A stretch of DNA of 64,000 bases from Candidatus Paceibacter sp. (GCA_013360865.1 JABWAS010000002.1:30159-94158), one strand, 5' to 3'; positions 18,966 through 28,878 are shown, counted from the stretch's first letter. Made by a program: numbers and translations. The notes: generated from the sequence alone by a model not told the origin.

Positions 18966-19120
18966 ATTAAGTCTCCTTGTTTTAAAGAAGTTTAATCAGA
19001 GTAAACAAGATATTAAGATACTTAAAATAAAGTACGTGTTGTTTTGATTAAACCACAAATATTTTACACGTCCAGTCAACGCAAATTCACATGTGGATAA
19101 GCCTTTTCTGCGGCTAAAAA

Positions 19121-19981
19121 TCAGCCAATATCCAAATCACGGAGAGCCGCTACCCTTTCTTCAACGGGTGGGTGGGTCATAAACAATTTGGCAAACCAGT
19201 GGGTGCCGCCGTTTTTGCCCTTAAGCGGCGATATTATAAACAAATGAGCAGTGGCGTTGTTGGCCCGTCTTAACGCCACGGGATAATTGGAAATTTTTTC
19301 CAGAGCCGAAGCCAATCCTTCCGGGTAACGGGTCAAAAGAGCGCCGGAAGCGTCGGCCAGAAATTCCCGCTTGCGGGAAATGGCCAGCTGGATAAGCTTG
19401 GCGGCAATCGGGGTAAGAATGGCCAAAATTATTCCAGCCAGCAACATAAGCATCTGTGCCTGGCCGCCGCCTTCCCTATCATCTCTTCTGCCCCGAAAAA
19501 ATTGCGCCCTCAAAAAGAAGTCGGAAAGAAGCGCCACAAACCCGACCAGAATCACGACAATGGTGGAAACAAGGATGTCTTTGTTGCCGATATGCGAAAG
19601 CTCGTGGGCGATGACCCCTTCCAGTTCGTTTTTATTAAGCATTTGGCGCAGGCCGGAAGTGACGGCCACGGCCGCGTGCTCCTGATTGCGGCCGGTGGCG
19701 AAAGCGTTGGGCGACGGGTCGTTTATCATATAAATTTTTGGCATCTCCAGCCCCGCCGCGATGCAAAGATTTTCCACGATTCTATAAAGCTCCAAATCCT
19801 CTTCCCTGCTTATTGGACGCGCTCCGGACATCGCCAGCACAATTTTGTCGGAAAACCAGTAGCTGAAAAAGTTCATAAACAAACTAAAGACAACGGCGAC
19901 AACCACAAAAGATGAATCTCCGTAAACCCGCGAAAACACCCAGCCGATTCCGACCACAATAATTAAAAACAGGCTCATCAA
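19121..19981 (-). CDS. htpX: protease HtpX homologue (M48)
   Basis: HELSH motif (IAHELSHIGN), N-terminal TM helices and a conserved C-terminal region. 286 aa. Confidence 0.85.
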   Translation of the reverse strand: MMSLFLIIVVGIGWVFSRVYGDSSFVVVAVVFSLFMNFFSYWFSDKIVLAMSGARPISREEDLELYRIVENLCIAAGLEMPKIYMINDPSPNAFATGRNQEHAAVAVTSGLRQMLNKNELEGVIAHELSHIGNKDILVSTIVVILVGFVALLSDFFLRAQFFRGRRDDREGGGQAQMLMLLAGIILAILTPIAAKLIQLAISRKREFLADASGALLTRYPEGLASALEKISNYPVALRRANNATAHLFIISPLKGKNGGTHWFAKLFMTHPPVEERVAALRDLDIG

Positions 19982-20073
19982 AAGCCATGTTTTGCGGATG
20001 TTTTTTGATTGGTGGGTGTAAAGTCATGTTTTAATTGTTGTAATTGTTCTAATGTTCTAATTGTTTTAATAAT

Positions 20074-20448
20074 TTAACCTCTTTTTGTCAGGAATTTATC
20101 CAAGGCAATAAGCTTAAAATACTCCTCTTGAATTAACTTATCTAATTTATCATAAATTTCTTTACTTATATATTTTTGCTCCAATGATATATCAATACAG
20201 GCCATAGTTTCCATGAGTGACCCTAAGGCAATTCTCACGAATGAAGCAAAATCTTTACTGGTCCTTTTGGCGCTTCCTTCAGCAATATTAAGAGGAACTG
20301 AAATTGCGGCTCTCCTAATTTGAGAAACCAGGCAAAATTTTTCATCATTTGGAAAATTTTTAGTTATTGAGTATATTTCTTTGACAATACTCATTCCCAA
20401 TTTCCAAACATCCAATTTATAGAATCCATATTCAACTTTTTTCTGCAT
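20074..20448 (-). CDS. four-helix-bundle protein (23S rRNA intervening-sequence protein family)
   Basis: 124 aa. Family-typical segments CLVSQIRRAAISVPLNIAEGS and ALGSLMET. Confidence 0.65.
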   Translation of the reverse strand: MQKKVEYGFYKLDVWKLGMSIVKEIYSITKNFPNDEKFCLVSQIRRAAISVPLNIAEGSAKRTSKDFASFVRIALGSLMETMACIDISLEQKYISKEIYDKLDKLIQEEYFKLIALDKFLTKRG

Positions 20449-20500
20449 ATAATGCTCAACTAGAACATTTACAACAAGCGTAGCGATAGAACAACTAGAA

Positions 20501-20971
20501 CTATTTCTTCAAAATTTCCTCCACCATTTTTATTTCTTCCAAAATGCCGTCTATGAGGTCGTATTTTTCCGCCTCTTTGGCGGTCACCCATTTAAAATCC
20601 ACGCTGTCTTCGTCCAGCTTCACTTCACCGGAAACTAACGGACAGTAATAACTCAACACCAAAACCGGAATGCCGTCCGGCCGGATGAAAGTCAAGTCCA
20701 GAAGATATTGCGGTTTGCCGATTTCCAGATTAACCTCTTCTTTTATTTCTCTCCTTAGCGCGTTTTCCACCGCGTTGTACCACTGGTCGCCCTTGTGAGT
20801 GGGCGGGGTGTTCGTGTAATCATCGGTTTCCAATCCGCCGCCCGGCACCGTCCATTTACCCGGAAAAGCTTTTTTGCTCAAACTCCGACGGGTGATCAGA
20901 TATTTGCCATCTTTGTTATAAATAATCGCCGTAGTGGTTATCCGATGCAGTTCTTTATCTTTGATTTGCAT
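20501..20971 (-). CDS. NUDIX hydrolase
   Basis: Nudix box GGGLETDD...ALRREIKEEVNLEI. 156 aa. Confidence 0.7.
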   Translation of the reverse strand: MQIKDKELHRITTTAIIYNKDGKYLITRRSLSKKAFPGKWTVPGGGLETDDYTNTPPTHKGDQWYNAVENALRREIKEEVNLEIGKPQYLLDLTFIRPDGIPVLVLSYYCPLVSGEVKLDEDSVDFKWVTAKEAEKYDLIDGILEEIKMVEEILKK

Positions 20972-20995
20972 AAAAATTGTTTAACATTTGTAATT

Positions 20996-21991
20996 TCACC
21001 TCTGCATAGTCGAAACTAAATCTATGTAATTCAAGTAATCTTCACATGTTACATTGTTATCATTAGGAATTTCTATTTTTTGACAAATATTTGGATCTTT
21101 ATTGTTTCTAGAAATTTCATAATAACAAGCATTCATTAATTTTACTGAATCATTCCTTACTTTTTTACATTCATTGGGATCATTATTTGCAATCAAGGAA
21201 TAACAATTTATTATCTTAAAACCATCCGTAGCGCTAAAAAAAGTTTCTTTTTCTTCACAAATTTTACTTCCATTAATTATTTTGCATTCAATTACCTTTG
21301 GAGTACCAGAGACATTTTTGATGTTCTTGCATAAATTTATATCTCCGGAATTGATTGCTACATCCCTAAAACAAGAATTTTTGTCATCCTGACTTTTTAA
21401 AGCCAAACATATTTTTTCATCATCTAAACCTACAGCATATCGCATTAAGCAACTTTCTACAGAATAGGCAGGATTTCCACTAGAATAATCGTAGAGATCC
21501 ATTTCAGGAATTTTACGGCAAAGATTTGGGTCTTTTTTGCTTTTAGCAATCGTTAAAATACAAGTAGTGTCCTTGCATAGTTTTTCATCATTAGTAACTA
21601 CGGCTACAACGCTAAAACAAGAATCTCTTCTTTCTTCTGTAACTCTATCGCAGAATGTAATATCTTTATGGAATCTAGCAACATTTATATAACAAGAACT
21701 CTTATTGTCTTCATCTTTAAACTCCTCGCATTTTTTTGGATCAGTAATTTCTGGTGCAACTTCACTTAAGCATTCCTCTTTAAACTTTTCGATAGGAATT
21801 TTATAACAAATTCCCGGATTTTGGTCTTTTGCCGCCTTATTAATGTATTCGTAATAATCCTTTTCAGTGAAATTAGTGAGATTGTTGATAAAATTTGTTT
21901 TGGCTAATAAGAAATACCCCGAAATAATTACAACAATTATAATTAAGAAAAATTTTATAAATCCTTTTTTATTATTCATAGAATTTTGCAT
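20996..21991 (-). CDS. secreted Cys-rich repeat protein
   Basis: 331 aa with an N-terminal TM/signal. About 24 Cys fall in reiterated units such as DxxxC(Y/F)xx(V/I)A...(K/D)xxxC, for example KSSCYINVARFHKDITFCDRV and DKNSCFRDVAINSGDINLCKNI. Confidence 0.5.
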   Translation of the reverse strand: MQNSMNNKKGFIKFFLIIIVVIISGYFLLAKTNFINNLTNFTEKDYYEYINKAAKDQNPGICYKIPIEKFKEECLSEVAPEITDPKKCEEFKDEDNKSSCYINVARFHKDITFCDRVTEERRDSCFSVVAVVTNDEKLCKDTTCILTIAKSKKDPNLCRKIPEMDLYDYSSGNPAYSVESCLMRYAVGLDDEKICLALKSQDDKNSCFRDVAINSGDINLCKNIKNVSGTPKVIECKIINGSKICEEKETFFSATDGFKIINCYSLIANNDPNECKKVRNDSVKLMNACYYEISRNNKDPNICQKIEIPNDNNVTCEDYLNYIDLVSTMQR

Positions 21992-21997
21992 ACCGGT

Positions 21998-22534
21998 TTA
22001 AAACTTTACCTTGACCGGTTCTTTGGCCGCCTCCTCCTCCAATTCAAAAAATTCCTGTTTTTGGAAATTAAACATTTTGGCGACGATATTACTGGGGAAA
22101 ACGTCTATTTTGGTATTAAGGTCGCGGACGTTGGTGTTGTAAAAACGCCTGGCCGCCTGGATTTTGTTTTCCGTGTCGGAAAGTTCGTCCTGCAGCTTGG
22201 TAAAACTTTCCACCGCCCGCAGTTGCGGATAAGCCTCGGCGATGGCAAAAATGGATTTTAAAGCCGAGCTGACCATGTTGTCCGCGTCTTCTTTTTCTTT
22301 CACCGTTTGCGCGCCCAGCGCCCTGGCGCGAGCCTGCGTCACTTTCTCAAACGCTTCCCTTTCGTGAACGGCGTAACCCTTCACTGTTTCCACCAGATTA
22401 GGGATAAGGTCGTAGCGCCTCTTTAATTGCACGTCAATATCCGCCCACGCCTCCTTAACGCGGTTAACGAGCCGGACAAACCCGTTGTAAGAAGCGATAA
22501 ACCAGATTACGACGACTCCCAAAACGCCCAACAA
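21998..22534 (-). CDS. LemA family protein
   Basis: N-terminal TM, then NGFVRLVNRVKEAWADIDVQLKRRYDLIPNLVETVKGYAVHE, typical of LemA. Confidence 0.8.
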   Translation of the reverse strand: MLGVLGVVVIWFIASYNGFVRLVNRVKEAWADIDVQLKRRYDLIPNLVETVKGYAVHEREAFEKVTQARARALGAQTVKEKEDADNMVSSALKSIFAIAEAYPQLRAVESFTKLQDELSDTENKIQAARRFYNTNVRDLNTKIDVFPSNIVAKMFNFQKQEFFELEEEAAKEPVKVKF

Positions 22535-22551
22535 AATATAAAAAATAAGAT

Positions 22552-22764
22552 TTAATTTTTTATAAACCTCCTTAAGTTTTCTAAAGATTCTTTCTCTTCC
22601 AGATTCAAAAGATAAATCTCCGTCAAATCTTTAAATAAATCTATTCTTTCCTTCAAATCCATTTGAGGAACTTTTTCCAAAAGCAAAACCTCCTGATTTT
22701 TATCTATGTTTAGGGATTTGATAAGGCTTTGCAGGCTATTGTTTTTTAAGATGTCGTTTGCCAT
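22552..22764 (-). CDS. small hypothetical protein
   Basis: 70 aa, acidic, with no motif. Confidence 0.3.
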   Translation of the reverse strand: MANDILKNNSLQSLIKSLNIDKNQEVLLLEKVPQMDLKERIDLFKDLTEIYLLNLEEKESLENLRRFIKN

Positions 22765-22778
22765 GGCTTTATTTTAAA

Positions 22779-25715
22779 TTAAGGCGTTTTTGGCTGGCCC
22801 GGCTGAGTCTGCGCCCCCGCAGCCTGTTTATTGTAGGGCGGTTTCCCCTTGCCTCTTGTCTTCCAGCCCGGCTGCTGTTGAGGCTTCGGTTTTTCCGGCG
22901 GATTAAGCAACGTGGCTACCAATCCGACCATCCAGTTTATAAAACCCTTTCTCTTGTTGACGCTGTTTTTATAGCCAGTGTTCAGGTTGTTCATTATCCC
23001 AAGGCTCCAGGCGTCGCCTTTGGCGCTATTTTCGTAAGCCTCGTCAAGGAAATTGGTTTCTAAACCGAATCCTTCCATAAATTCTTTAATGCTTTCCAGT
23101 GTTTCGTCGTCAAGCTCATCACCCAGATTTTTAATACCTTTTCTTTCGGAAATATTTTTCAGGAAATCTTCCGCTTCGGTTTTGCCGCCCAAAAATTCTT
23201 CAATTTTGCCGATTTTTTCCTTATTTCCTTGCTCTGTTTTGACGCTCTTGAGCAAAATTTCATTGACTCTTTCCGCTTTCAACCGGCGAAGATAGCCAGT
23301 GATTCCGCCTTCGGCGTTTTTTATCGTGTCAGATATTTTAGAAATTGTTTTATAAGTTTCAAGATTTATTTCTTTACCTCTTTCCGATTGCCACTCTTCG
23401 CCTAATTCTTTTATGGCTCTTTCTCTTAAATTTTTATAAAAATCCGCGTATTGATTTCCAAGAAAACCGGCAATATCTTTTTTGGAAAAAACTTCCTTGC
23501 CGGTGTTTATTTTGCCGCCCAAAATTCCCGCCAATGAGAATTTCTTAAAATCATATCCGTTTTTCAGCAAGATCAAAACATCATCCTCTTTCACTTTCAA
23601 CTTTTTTCCTCCAATAGAATCAATAGAACCAAGTTGCTCTCTCATCTTCTCCTGGAAAAATTTGTCGGAGTCGCCACCGTATTTCTTAACCTTGTCTTCT
23701 TCGGTAATTTTATCCCATTCTCCGCCCCATATTTCTTTTTTAAGAAAATCACGATGGCTTAATTTTTTCTCCTGATAATTTAAATTAAGCTGAGTGTACT
23801 TTTCTTTAGAGATAATTTTCTTATCAACCTGTTTTGCAGATTCTTCGCCCAAATTTCTTCCTGAAGTCTTAATTGCTAATTCTTCTTGTGTTTTTGTAAG
23901 ATTATTGAATTCTTGCTCTTTAATGCCTCTCTCCGCTCCCTTCAAAACAAAGTTGCCGCTAGAGTCTTTTTTGTTTAAGGTATTAAAAAGTTCTTGTCTT
24001 CTGTCTTCAAGAAAATGGAGCATAACAACAGGACTTTCCAGCCGCATTTCACCCTTTTCCATTTCCGCCCTGATATTATAAAGCTCTTCTTTTTTCAAAA
24101 ATTTCTCGTAGTCTTCCTCTTCGCACCAGGAGCAAGTTTTATTTTTTATTTCATCGCCCAAACCTTCTTTTATAAAATAAGCCAGCTTGCGGGAGTCGGA
24201 CATATTCACGTCCACGCCCTGTTGCGTAAGTTGGTCTTTGTTGGACTCAAAATATTTCTTGGCGAAGTTGAGATTAATTTCTTCGGATTGCTGTTTGGCG
24301 AACAGATTAACGTAATCTTTGGACGAGTCGGAAAACTTCATCTCCTCCCTCGTCCTGTCCATAAACTCTTTGGCTTCCTTGCGCTCCAAAGCTTCGCCCG
24401 GAGTTTCAAAATCGTTTTTTAACTCTTTTTCAGGATTGTATAGTTTATCTATTTTTTCCGCTCCCCCTTTCATATCATCTATTATATTACCGCTTCCCAT
24501 AAAGTCCATCAATCCACCGGACGGCTTAAACTTGCCGTCGGTCATTTTGTCCAATATCTCCGTCAATAATTCGTCGGGTAAATTTTCACCCGCGGCCAGT
24601 TCACTTATCCACATTTTCCCGCGAACGGGTATCCCTTGGGAGAACTCATCAGTTATTTCCTTGGTTGAATATATGCCGAACATATTCTTTTCCGGAATCC
24701 ACCTTATGTAAGTGTCATAGCCGCAAGCCGCCGCCGCTTCAAAACCGAAGCCGACCTTGCCGCCGATGTCTACGATAATTTTCCCATATCGGCCGGAATC
24801 TAAAGCAAAGCCGTTTTTATCCAGCCAATCCAGCCTTTTAACGGAAAACTCCGCGTTTTTCTTTTGCTGTTTGCTTATTTCAGAAATTGTTTTGCCGCTG
24901 TATTTATCATTGCCCAGCTCTTTTAATTCCTCCTCGGATAACGCCCGCCAAGGGTCTTTAAAATAAGTGACAGCCTTGCCCGCTTTATTTTTTCCGGTCT
25001 TTGGTTTAAAAAATTCACGCAAATTGTCAAATGTTATATGTCTCCTCAAGCCGGCCAATGTGTTGGGAAATTCGTTTTCAAAAAAATTTTTATTCAAAGA
25101 TCCGACATAACCGGCGTTGTCTGTATTGGTGACGAATTTTACCATCTCGTCCAAATATTTCTCTTTCTTGAGCAAGCCAAGCCCGGTAAGGATTTTGTAA
25201 GTGAGCTCCGACGCGGAAGTGCCGCTCTTGGCGTCCGGCCCGTGGTGGTCTATGAGCATTGTTCTGCCGCCGTCTTTGACTACCAAACCCCACTCGTTGC
25301 CGGTGTCTATAACCACTCTCCCTTCCGCGGATCCTCCCTGATGAACATAATCAACTTTTGACGCGTCTACTCCGGCAAGTTTAATAAGTCCGACACTGGC
25401 GTCCCCATCCAAATCGCTAAAGTTGCTAATTGTCGGCTGTTTGTCTTTGCCGTTCATTATCAGCCCGTGAGTAACAAGCTCTTTCCAAAATTCTCTTGTT
25501 TTTTCTTTAAATTTTTCATCCCCTTCTTTCTCCGTGGCAGCGTTAAGGTCTTCGTAATTTTCTATCCGACTGAAGGTAAAATTGGAGGCTAGCCTTATCA
25601 ACTCCGCCTCGTGCCTTTTTTTCTCTTCTCCCGTTAACTTGTCGTCGGGCGCCCAACGGCCTTCATATTCCATCCCTTCGTTTCTCTTTGTGTTGCTGCT
25701 GCTGTTTTTTGACAT
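22779..25715 (-). CDS. DHH/DHHA1-family phosphoesterase (NrnA-like) fused to a long Lys/Glu-rich C-terminal extension
   Basis: N-terminal about 370 aa carry the DHH motifs: I (SDLDGDASVG), II (VVIDTGNEW), III (MLIDHHGPD) and a degenerate GGGH/DHHA1 region (GGKVGFGFEAAAACG). Then comes about 600 aa of charged low-complexity sequence ending in a Pro/Gln/Lys tail. Confidence 0.55.
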   Translation of the reverse strand: MSKNSSSNTKRNEGMEYEGRWAPDDKLTGEEKKRHEAELIRLASNFTFSRIENYEDLNAATEKEGDEKFKEKTREFWKELVTHGLIMNGKDKQPTISNFSDLDGDASVGLIKLAGVDASKVDYVHQGGSAEGRVVIDTGNEWGLVVKDGGRTMLIDHHGPDAKSGTSASELTYKILTGLGLLKKEKYLDEMVKFVTNTDNAGYVGSLNKNFFENEFPNTLAGLRRHITFDNLREFFKPKTGKNKAGKAVTYFKDPWRALSEEELKELGNDKYSGKTISEISKQQKKNAEFSVKRLDWLDKNGFALDSGRYGKIIVDIGGKVGFGFEAAAACGYDTYIRWIPEKNMFGIYSTKEITDEFSQGIPVRGKMWISELAAGENLPDELLTEILDKMTDGKFKPSGGLMDFMGSGNIIDDMKGGAEKIDKLYNPEKELKNDFETPGEALERKEAKEFMDRTREEMKFSDSSKDYVNLFAKQQSEEINLNFAKKYFESNKDQLTQQGVDVNMSDSRKLAYFIKEGLGDEIKNKTCSWCEEEDYEKFLKKEELYNIRAEMEKGEMRLESPVVMLHFLEDRRQELFNTLNKKDSSGNFVLKGAERGIKEQEFNNLTKTQEELAIKTSGRNLGEESAKQVDKKIISKEKYTQLNLNYQEKKLSHRDFLKKEIWGGEWDKITEEDKVKKYGGDSDKFFQEKMREQLGSIDSIGGKKLKVKEDDVLILLKNGYDFKKFSLAGILGGKINTGKEVFSKKDIAGFLGNQYADFYKNLRERAIKELGEEWQSERGKEINLETYKTISKISDTIKNAEGGITGYLRRLKAERVNEILLKSVKTEQGNKEKIGKIEEFLGGKTEAEDFLKNISERKGIKNLGDELDDETLESIKEFMEGFGLETNFLDEAYENSAKGDAWSLGIMNNLNTGYKNSVNKRKGFINWMVGLVATLLNPPEKPKPQQQPGWKTRGKGKPPYNKQAAGAQTQPGQPKTP

Positions 25716-25727
25716 GAGTTTATTTTA

Positions 25728-26828
25728 TCATTTCCCCGCCAATTGTCCGCAGGCGGCCAAGATGTCTTCGCCCAAACTGGCGCGGAACGTAACAGAAACG
25801 CCCAGCTTTTTCAACCGGTCAAAAAATTGATTTCTTTTTGTTTCAGAAGATGGGCTATACTGCAACCTGCCCGCCTCGCTAGTCTCGATGTTTGTCGGGA
25901 CGTTGCGGGCGTGGTCGTGGTATTTTATGAGGTTTAAATGATAGAGCGACCCCTTCATCAGTTTGGCCAGCTTTTCTGCGTCTTTATCCGTATCGTTTAT
26001 GCCCTCAATCATCAGATACTCAAACATAACTTTGCGGTTTGTTTTTTCTATGTATTCATCTACCGCTTCCATTACTTCCTTTAAGGGATAAATTTTGTTT
26101 ATTGGCATCAAAACTGACCTCATGTCGTTGTCCGGAGAGTGCAGAGAAACAGCCAGATTGACCTGGAAATTTTCATCGGCGAATCTTTTTATTCCCGGAG
26201 TAACGCCGCAGGTGGAAACGGAAATATGCCTGGCGCCGATGTTTAATCCATCTTTGTCGTTTAAAATTTTTAGCGCCTCCATAACGCTCTCGTAATTCAA
26301 AAACGGCTCGCCCATGCCCATAAAAACGATGTTGTTGACCACGCCTTCTGAATGGCAAGGTTCAACCTTGCCATTCGATGTCAAGGTTGAACCTTGCCAT
26401 TTACGTTTCAAATATCGCGCGAAATACAAAACCTGATCCACTATCTCCGCGCTATCCAAATTTCTTTTAAATCCGCCTTTGCCGGTGGCGCAGAAGCCGC
26501 AACCCATGGCGCAGCCGGCTTGCGAAGAAACGCAGACCGTATTTCTGTCCTTTAGGTGCCTCATCAAAACAGTTTCAATGGTAAAATTTCCGTTTATTTT
26601 GAAAACTGTTTTGATGGTCCGGCCGTCTTTTGATTTTGCGGTTTTAACCGGCTTCAGGTTCAACAACGGAAAATTTTTCTCCATTTCCTCCCGCAATTCC
26701 TTAGATAAGGTCGTCGCCTCCTCCCAGCTTTCTATCAAATCGCAAAAAACCGCTTTCTTGATCTGCTTTAAGCGGTAAGGTTTGTGACCGTTTCTATTCA
26801 AAAATTTTTCTAACTTAACTATGTCCAT
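25728..26828 (-). CDS. rlmN: radical SAM 23S rRNA/tRNA methyltransferase RlmN/Cfr family
   Basis: CxxxCxxC cluster (CAMGCGFCATG), MGMGEP, and a C-terminal ACGQLAG with the second catalytic Cys. Confidence 0.85.
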   Translation of the reverse strand: MDIVKLEKFLNRNGHKPYRLKQIKKAVFCDLIESWEEATTLSKELREEMEKNFPLLNLKPVKTAKSKDGRTIKTVFKINGNFTIETVLMRHLKDRNTVCVSSQAGCAMGCGFCATGKGGFKRNLDSAEIVDQVLYFARYLKRKWQGSTLTSNGKVEPCHSEGVVNNIVFMGMGEPFLNYESVMEALKILNDKDGLNIGARHISVSTCGVTPGIKRFADENFQVNLAVSLHSPDNDMRSVLMPINKIYPLKEVMEAVDEYIEKTNRKVMFEYLMIEGINDTDKDAEKLAKLMKGSLYHLNLIKYHDHARNVPTNIETSEAGRLQYSPSSETKRNQFFDRLKKLGVSVTFRASLGEDILAACGQLAGK

Positions 26829-26964
26829 TTATTTTTTCTAAAATTATTAAAAACTTTTTTATTTTTACGTCTTTTCCATCATTATCTCTTACGGCATCAA
26901 AAATAACTATTTCATTAGTTTTTTTAGTTTTTGATTTGAGGTTTTGAACTTTTCGCTTTGACAT
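26815..26964 (-). CDS. possible small ORF (49 aa) between rodA and rlmN
   Basis: The ATG at 26964 gives MSKRKVQNLKSKTKKTNEIVIFD... and overlaps the rlmN start by 14 nt. No homology support. Confidence 0.2.
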   Translation of the reverse strand: MSKRKVQNLKSKTKKTNEIVIFDAVRDNDGKDVKIKKFLIILEKINGHS

Positions 26965-26975
26965 TTGAGTTTGTT

Positions 26976-28106
26976 TTACTTCGGTCCCAGAAATTCCGTT
27001 TCCGCTTCCTCGGGATGAGTGTGACGGGAGTATCTTCTCATGCCCATCAGCATTCCCAGGGCGGCGTAAATGGTAAGCATGTGCGAACCGCCATAACTCA
27101 TAAACGGCAAGGTGGTGCCGGTTACGGGCAGCAGGCCGATGTTCATCCCAACGTTGACGAAAAAGTGGGCGCACAGGAGCACAGCCACGCCAATGCCAAA
27201 AAGAGTTTCAAAATTGGTGGCTCCGATGGCCGCGTTTTTAAGCACCCTCCAGACAACTATTCCATAAAACAAAAATATCAGCAATGTTCCGGCAAACCCC
27301 CACTCCTCGGCGAAAGCGGCAAAGATAAAATCTGTCTGATGCTCGGGCAAAAACTCCAGCCGGCTCTGACTGCCGAAACCTATTCCTTTGCCGAACACCC
27401 GCCCCGAGCCGACGGCGATCATGGATTGGATGGCGTTGTAGCCGGCGCCCCGGGCGTCTCTGGCCGGATCAATAAAAGTTATGATGCGATTTTTCTGGTG
27501 CGGCTTCAGGACAAAAAACCAGGAAACGCTTAAGAAAACCGCGGCAAGCATGAATATCGCCAGCAAGTGTTTTTTGCTTACACCGGAAACCGTTATCATG
27601 CCCAACCATATCAAAAATATTATGGCCGCCGAACCGAAGTCGGGCTGAAGAAAAACCAGTCCCGCCGGAATGGCCGCGTAAATTCCCGACAGGATTATGT
27701 GCCTGATGTTGGCTATCTCCGTGTGACGGCGGGAAAAATATTTGGCCAGAATAAGAATGATTATTATTTTGAGCGGGTCGGAGGGCTCCAGCGAAAAAAA
27801 ACCCAGATCAAACCAGCTGGCCGCTCCTTTTGTCACCTTTCCCCAAAGAAGAAGTGCCGCCAGAAGAAAGTTTATCGCCAGAAAGAACGACATTATCACT
27901 CCTGTCTTCCGGAAAAATCTCCAGTCCACGGAACTGAAGACGAAGAAAACGACCCAGCTTATGCCGATCCATAAAATTTGCCGGTCAAAGAAGTAGTCGC
28001 TTCCCGCGCCCAAAGACCTCATGCTTATCAGTCCGGCCGCCAGCAACGGTACCGCCGCCAGAAAAAGCGTCCAGTCAATGCCAATATAACGGGTGAGAGC
28101 CTTCAT
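26976..28106 (-). CDS. SEDS family peptidoglycan glycosyltransferase (FtsW/RodA)
   Basis: 376 aa, polytopic. Conserved C-terminal PVTGTTLPFMSYGGS motif. Confidence 0.85.
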   Translation of the reverse strand: MKALTRYIGIDWTLFLAAVPLLAAGLISMRSLGAGSDYFFDRQILWIGISWVVFFVFSSVDWRFFRKTGVIMSFFLAINFLLAALLLWGKVTKGAASWFDLGFFSLEPSDPLKIIIILILAKYFSRRHTEIANIRHIILSGIYAAIPAGLVFLQPDFGSAAIIFLIWLGMITVSGVSKKHLLAIFMLAAVFLSVSWFFVLKPHQKNRIITFIDPARDARGAGYNAIQSMIAVGSGRVFGKGIGFGSQSRLEFLPEHQTDFIFAAFAEEWGFAGTLLIFLFYGIVVWRVLKNAAIGATNFETLFGIGVAVLLCAHFFVNVGMNIGLLPVTGTTLPFMSYGGSHMLTIYAALGMLMGMRRYSRHTHPEEAETEFLGPK

Positions 28107-28113
28107 AATATTA

Positions 28114-28878
28114 CTAGAAATCGGAGGCGCTTTCGGCTCTGACGAAAATCTCTTCCGAATCGCGCTCGCCCTCCAAAATTTCCGGCCAGGTGAAAAAGAC
28201 TTCTTCGGAAGCTCCGCCTTTTAGCCGTTCCAAAACCGTGGCGCTGCCGGCGACGGCGTTGCCGTCAAAATCATAAATTACGGCGACCGCCCGGACGTTA
28301 AGGGCGTCCTGGAGAGATTTGTTGGCGATTATGGCCGAGACGGCCGGACCGCGCGAATCGTCGTAATTTTTGCCGGTCACGACCAGGCTGGGCGGCTCGC
28401 TTTTGGCAAGCTCCCACTTTATATTTTTGCCGAACTCCAGATACGCCCGCGCCGGAACGCGCGCGCCCGTGGAAACAGCCTCTTCAAACAAGGCGAATTT
28501 TTGCCCGGGGTTTGCGAAAGTGCTTCCTTCTCTGGAGGCTATCAATATGTTTCTCTCGTCATAAAGTTTAAAAACGTAACCGACCTTGCCGGAGCGCAGT
28601 TTCAAATTTCTGTTTTCCGCCAAAGCCACGACGTCGTATTTGCCGTCGGCGATTTTAACCGGCCGGCTCCATAAGACAACCAGGTCTTTTATTTCCCCCA
28701 GGCACTCTTTGGCGCACGGTCCGCCGCAATCCACGCCTTGTTCTTTCTGGTTTTGCCGGCCGTCAAAGCATGTGGGAGCGGTGACTCTTAAAAAGACAAA
28801 AATGCCGGCGCTTATCGCGGCAATCATGAAAAACAATAAAAAGGTTATTTGTTTTTTAGCGGTCCAAGGAAGCGGCAC
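28114..28878 (-). CDS. hypothetical membrane-anchored protein
   Basis: 254 aa with one N-terminal TM. It is co-directional with and adjacent to the SEDS gene. Confidence 0.4.
   Translation of the reverse strand: MPLPWTAKKQITFLLFFMIAAISAGIFVFLRVTAPTCFDGRQNQKEQGVDCGGPCAKECLGEIKDLVVLWSRPVKIADGKYDVVALAENRNLKLRSGKVGYVFKLYDERNILIASREGSTFANPGQKFALFEEAVSTGARVPARAYLEFGKNIKWELAKSEPPSLVVTGKNYDDSRGPAVSAIIANKSLQDALNVRAVAVIYDFDGNAVAGSATVLERLKGGASEEVFFTWPEILEGERDSEEIFVRAESASDF

Noticed and set aside
19982-20073. Degenerate tandem (c)taattgtt repeats upstream of htpX.
   Set aside because: They are short, low-complexity and AT-rich. There are no flanking inverted repeats and no second locus, so this is probably ordinary AT-rich promoter sequence.
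26815-27174. 119-aa ORF spanning the rodA C-terminus and the rodA-rlmN gap.
   Set aside because: Most of it is an alternative frame of the SEDS gene. Only the last 49 codons (26815..26964) are non-overlapping and are kept as a low-confidence small ORF.
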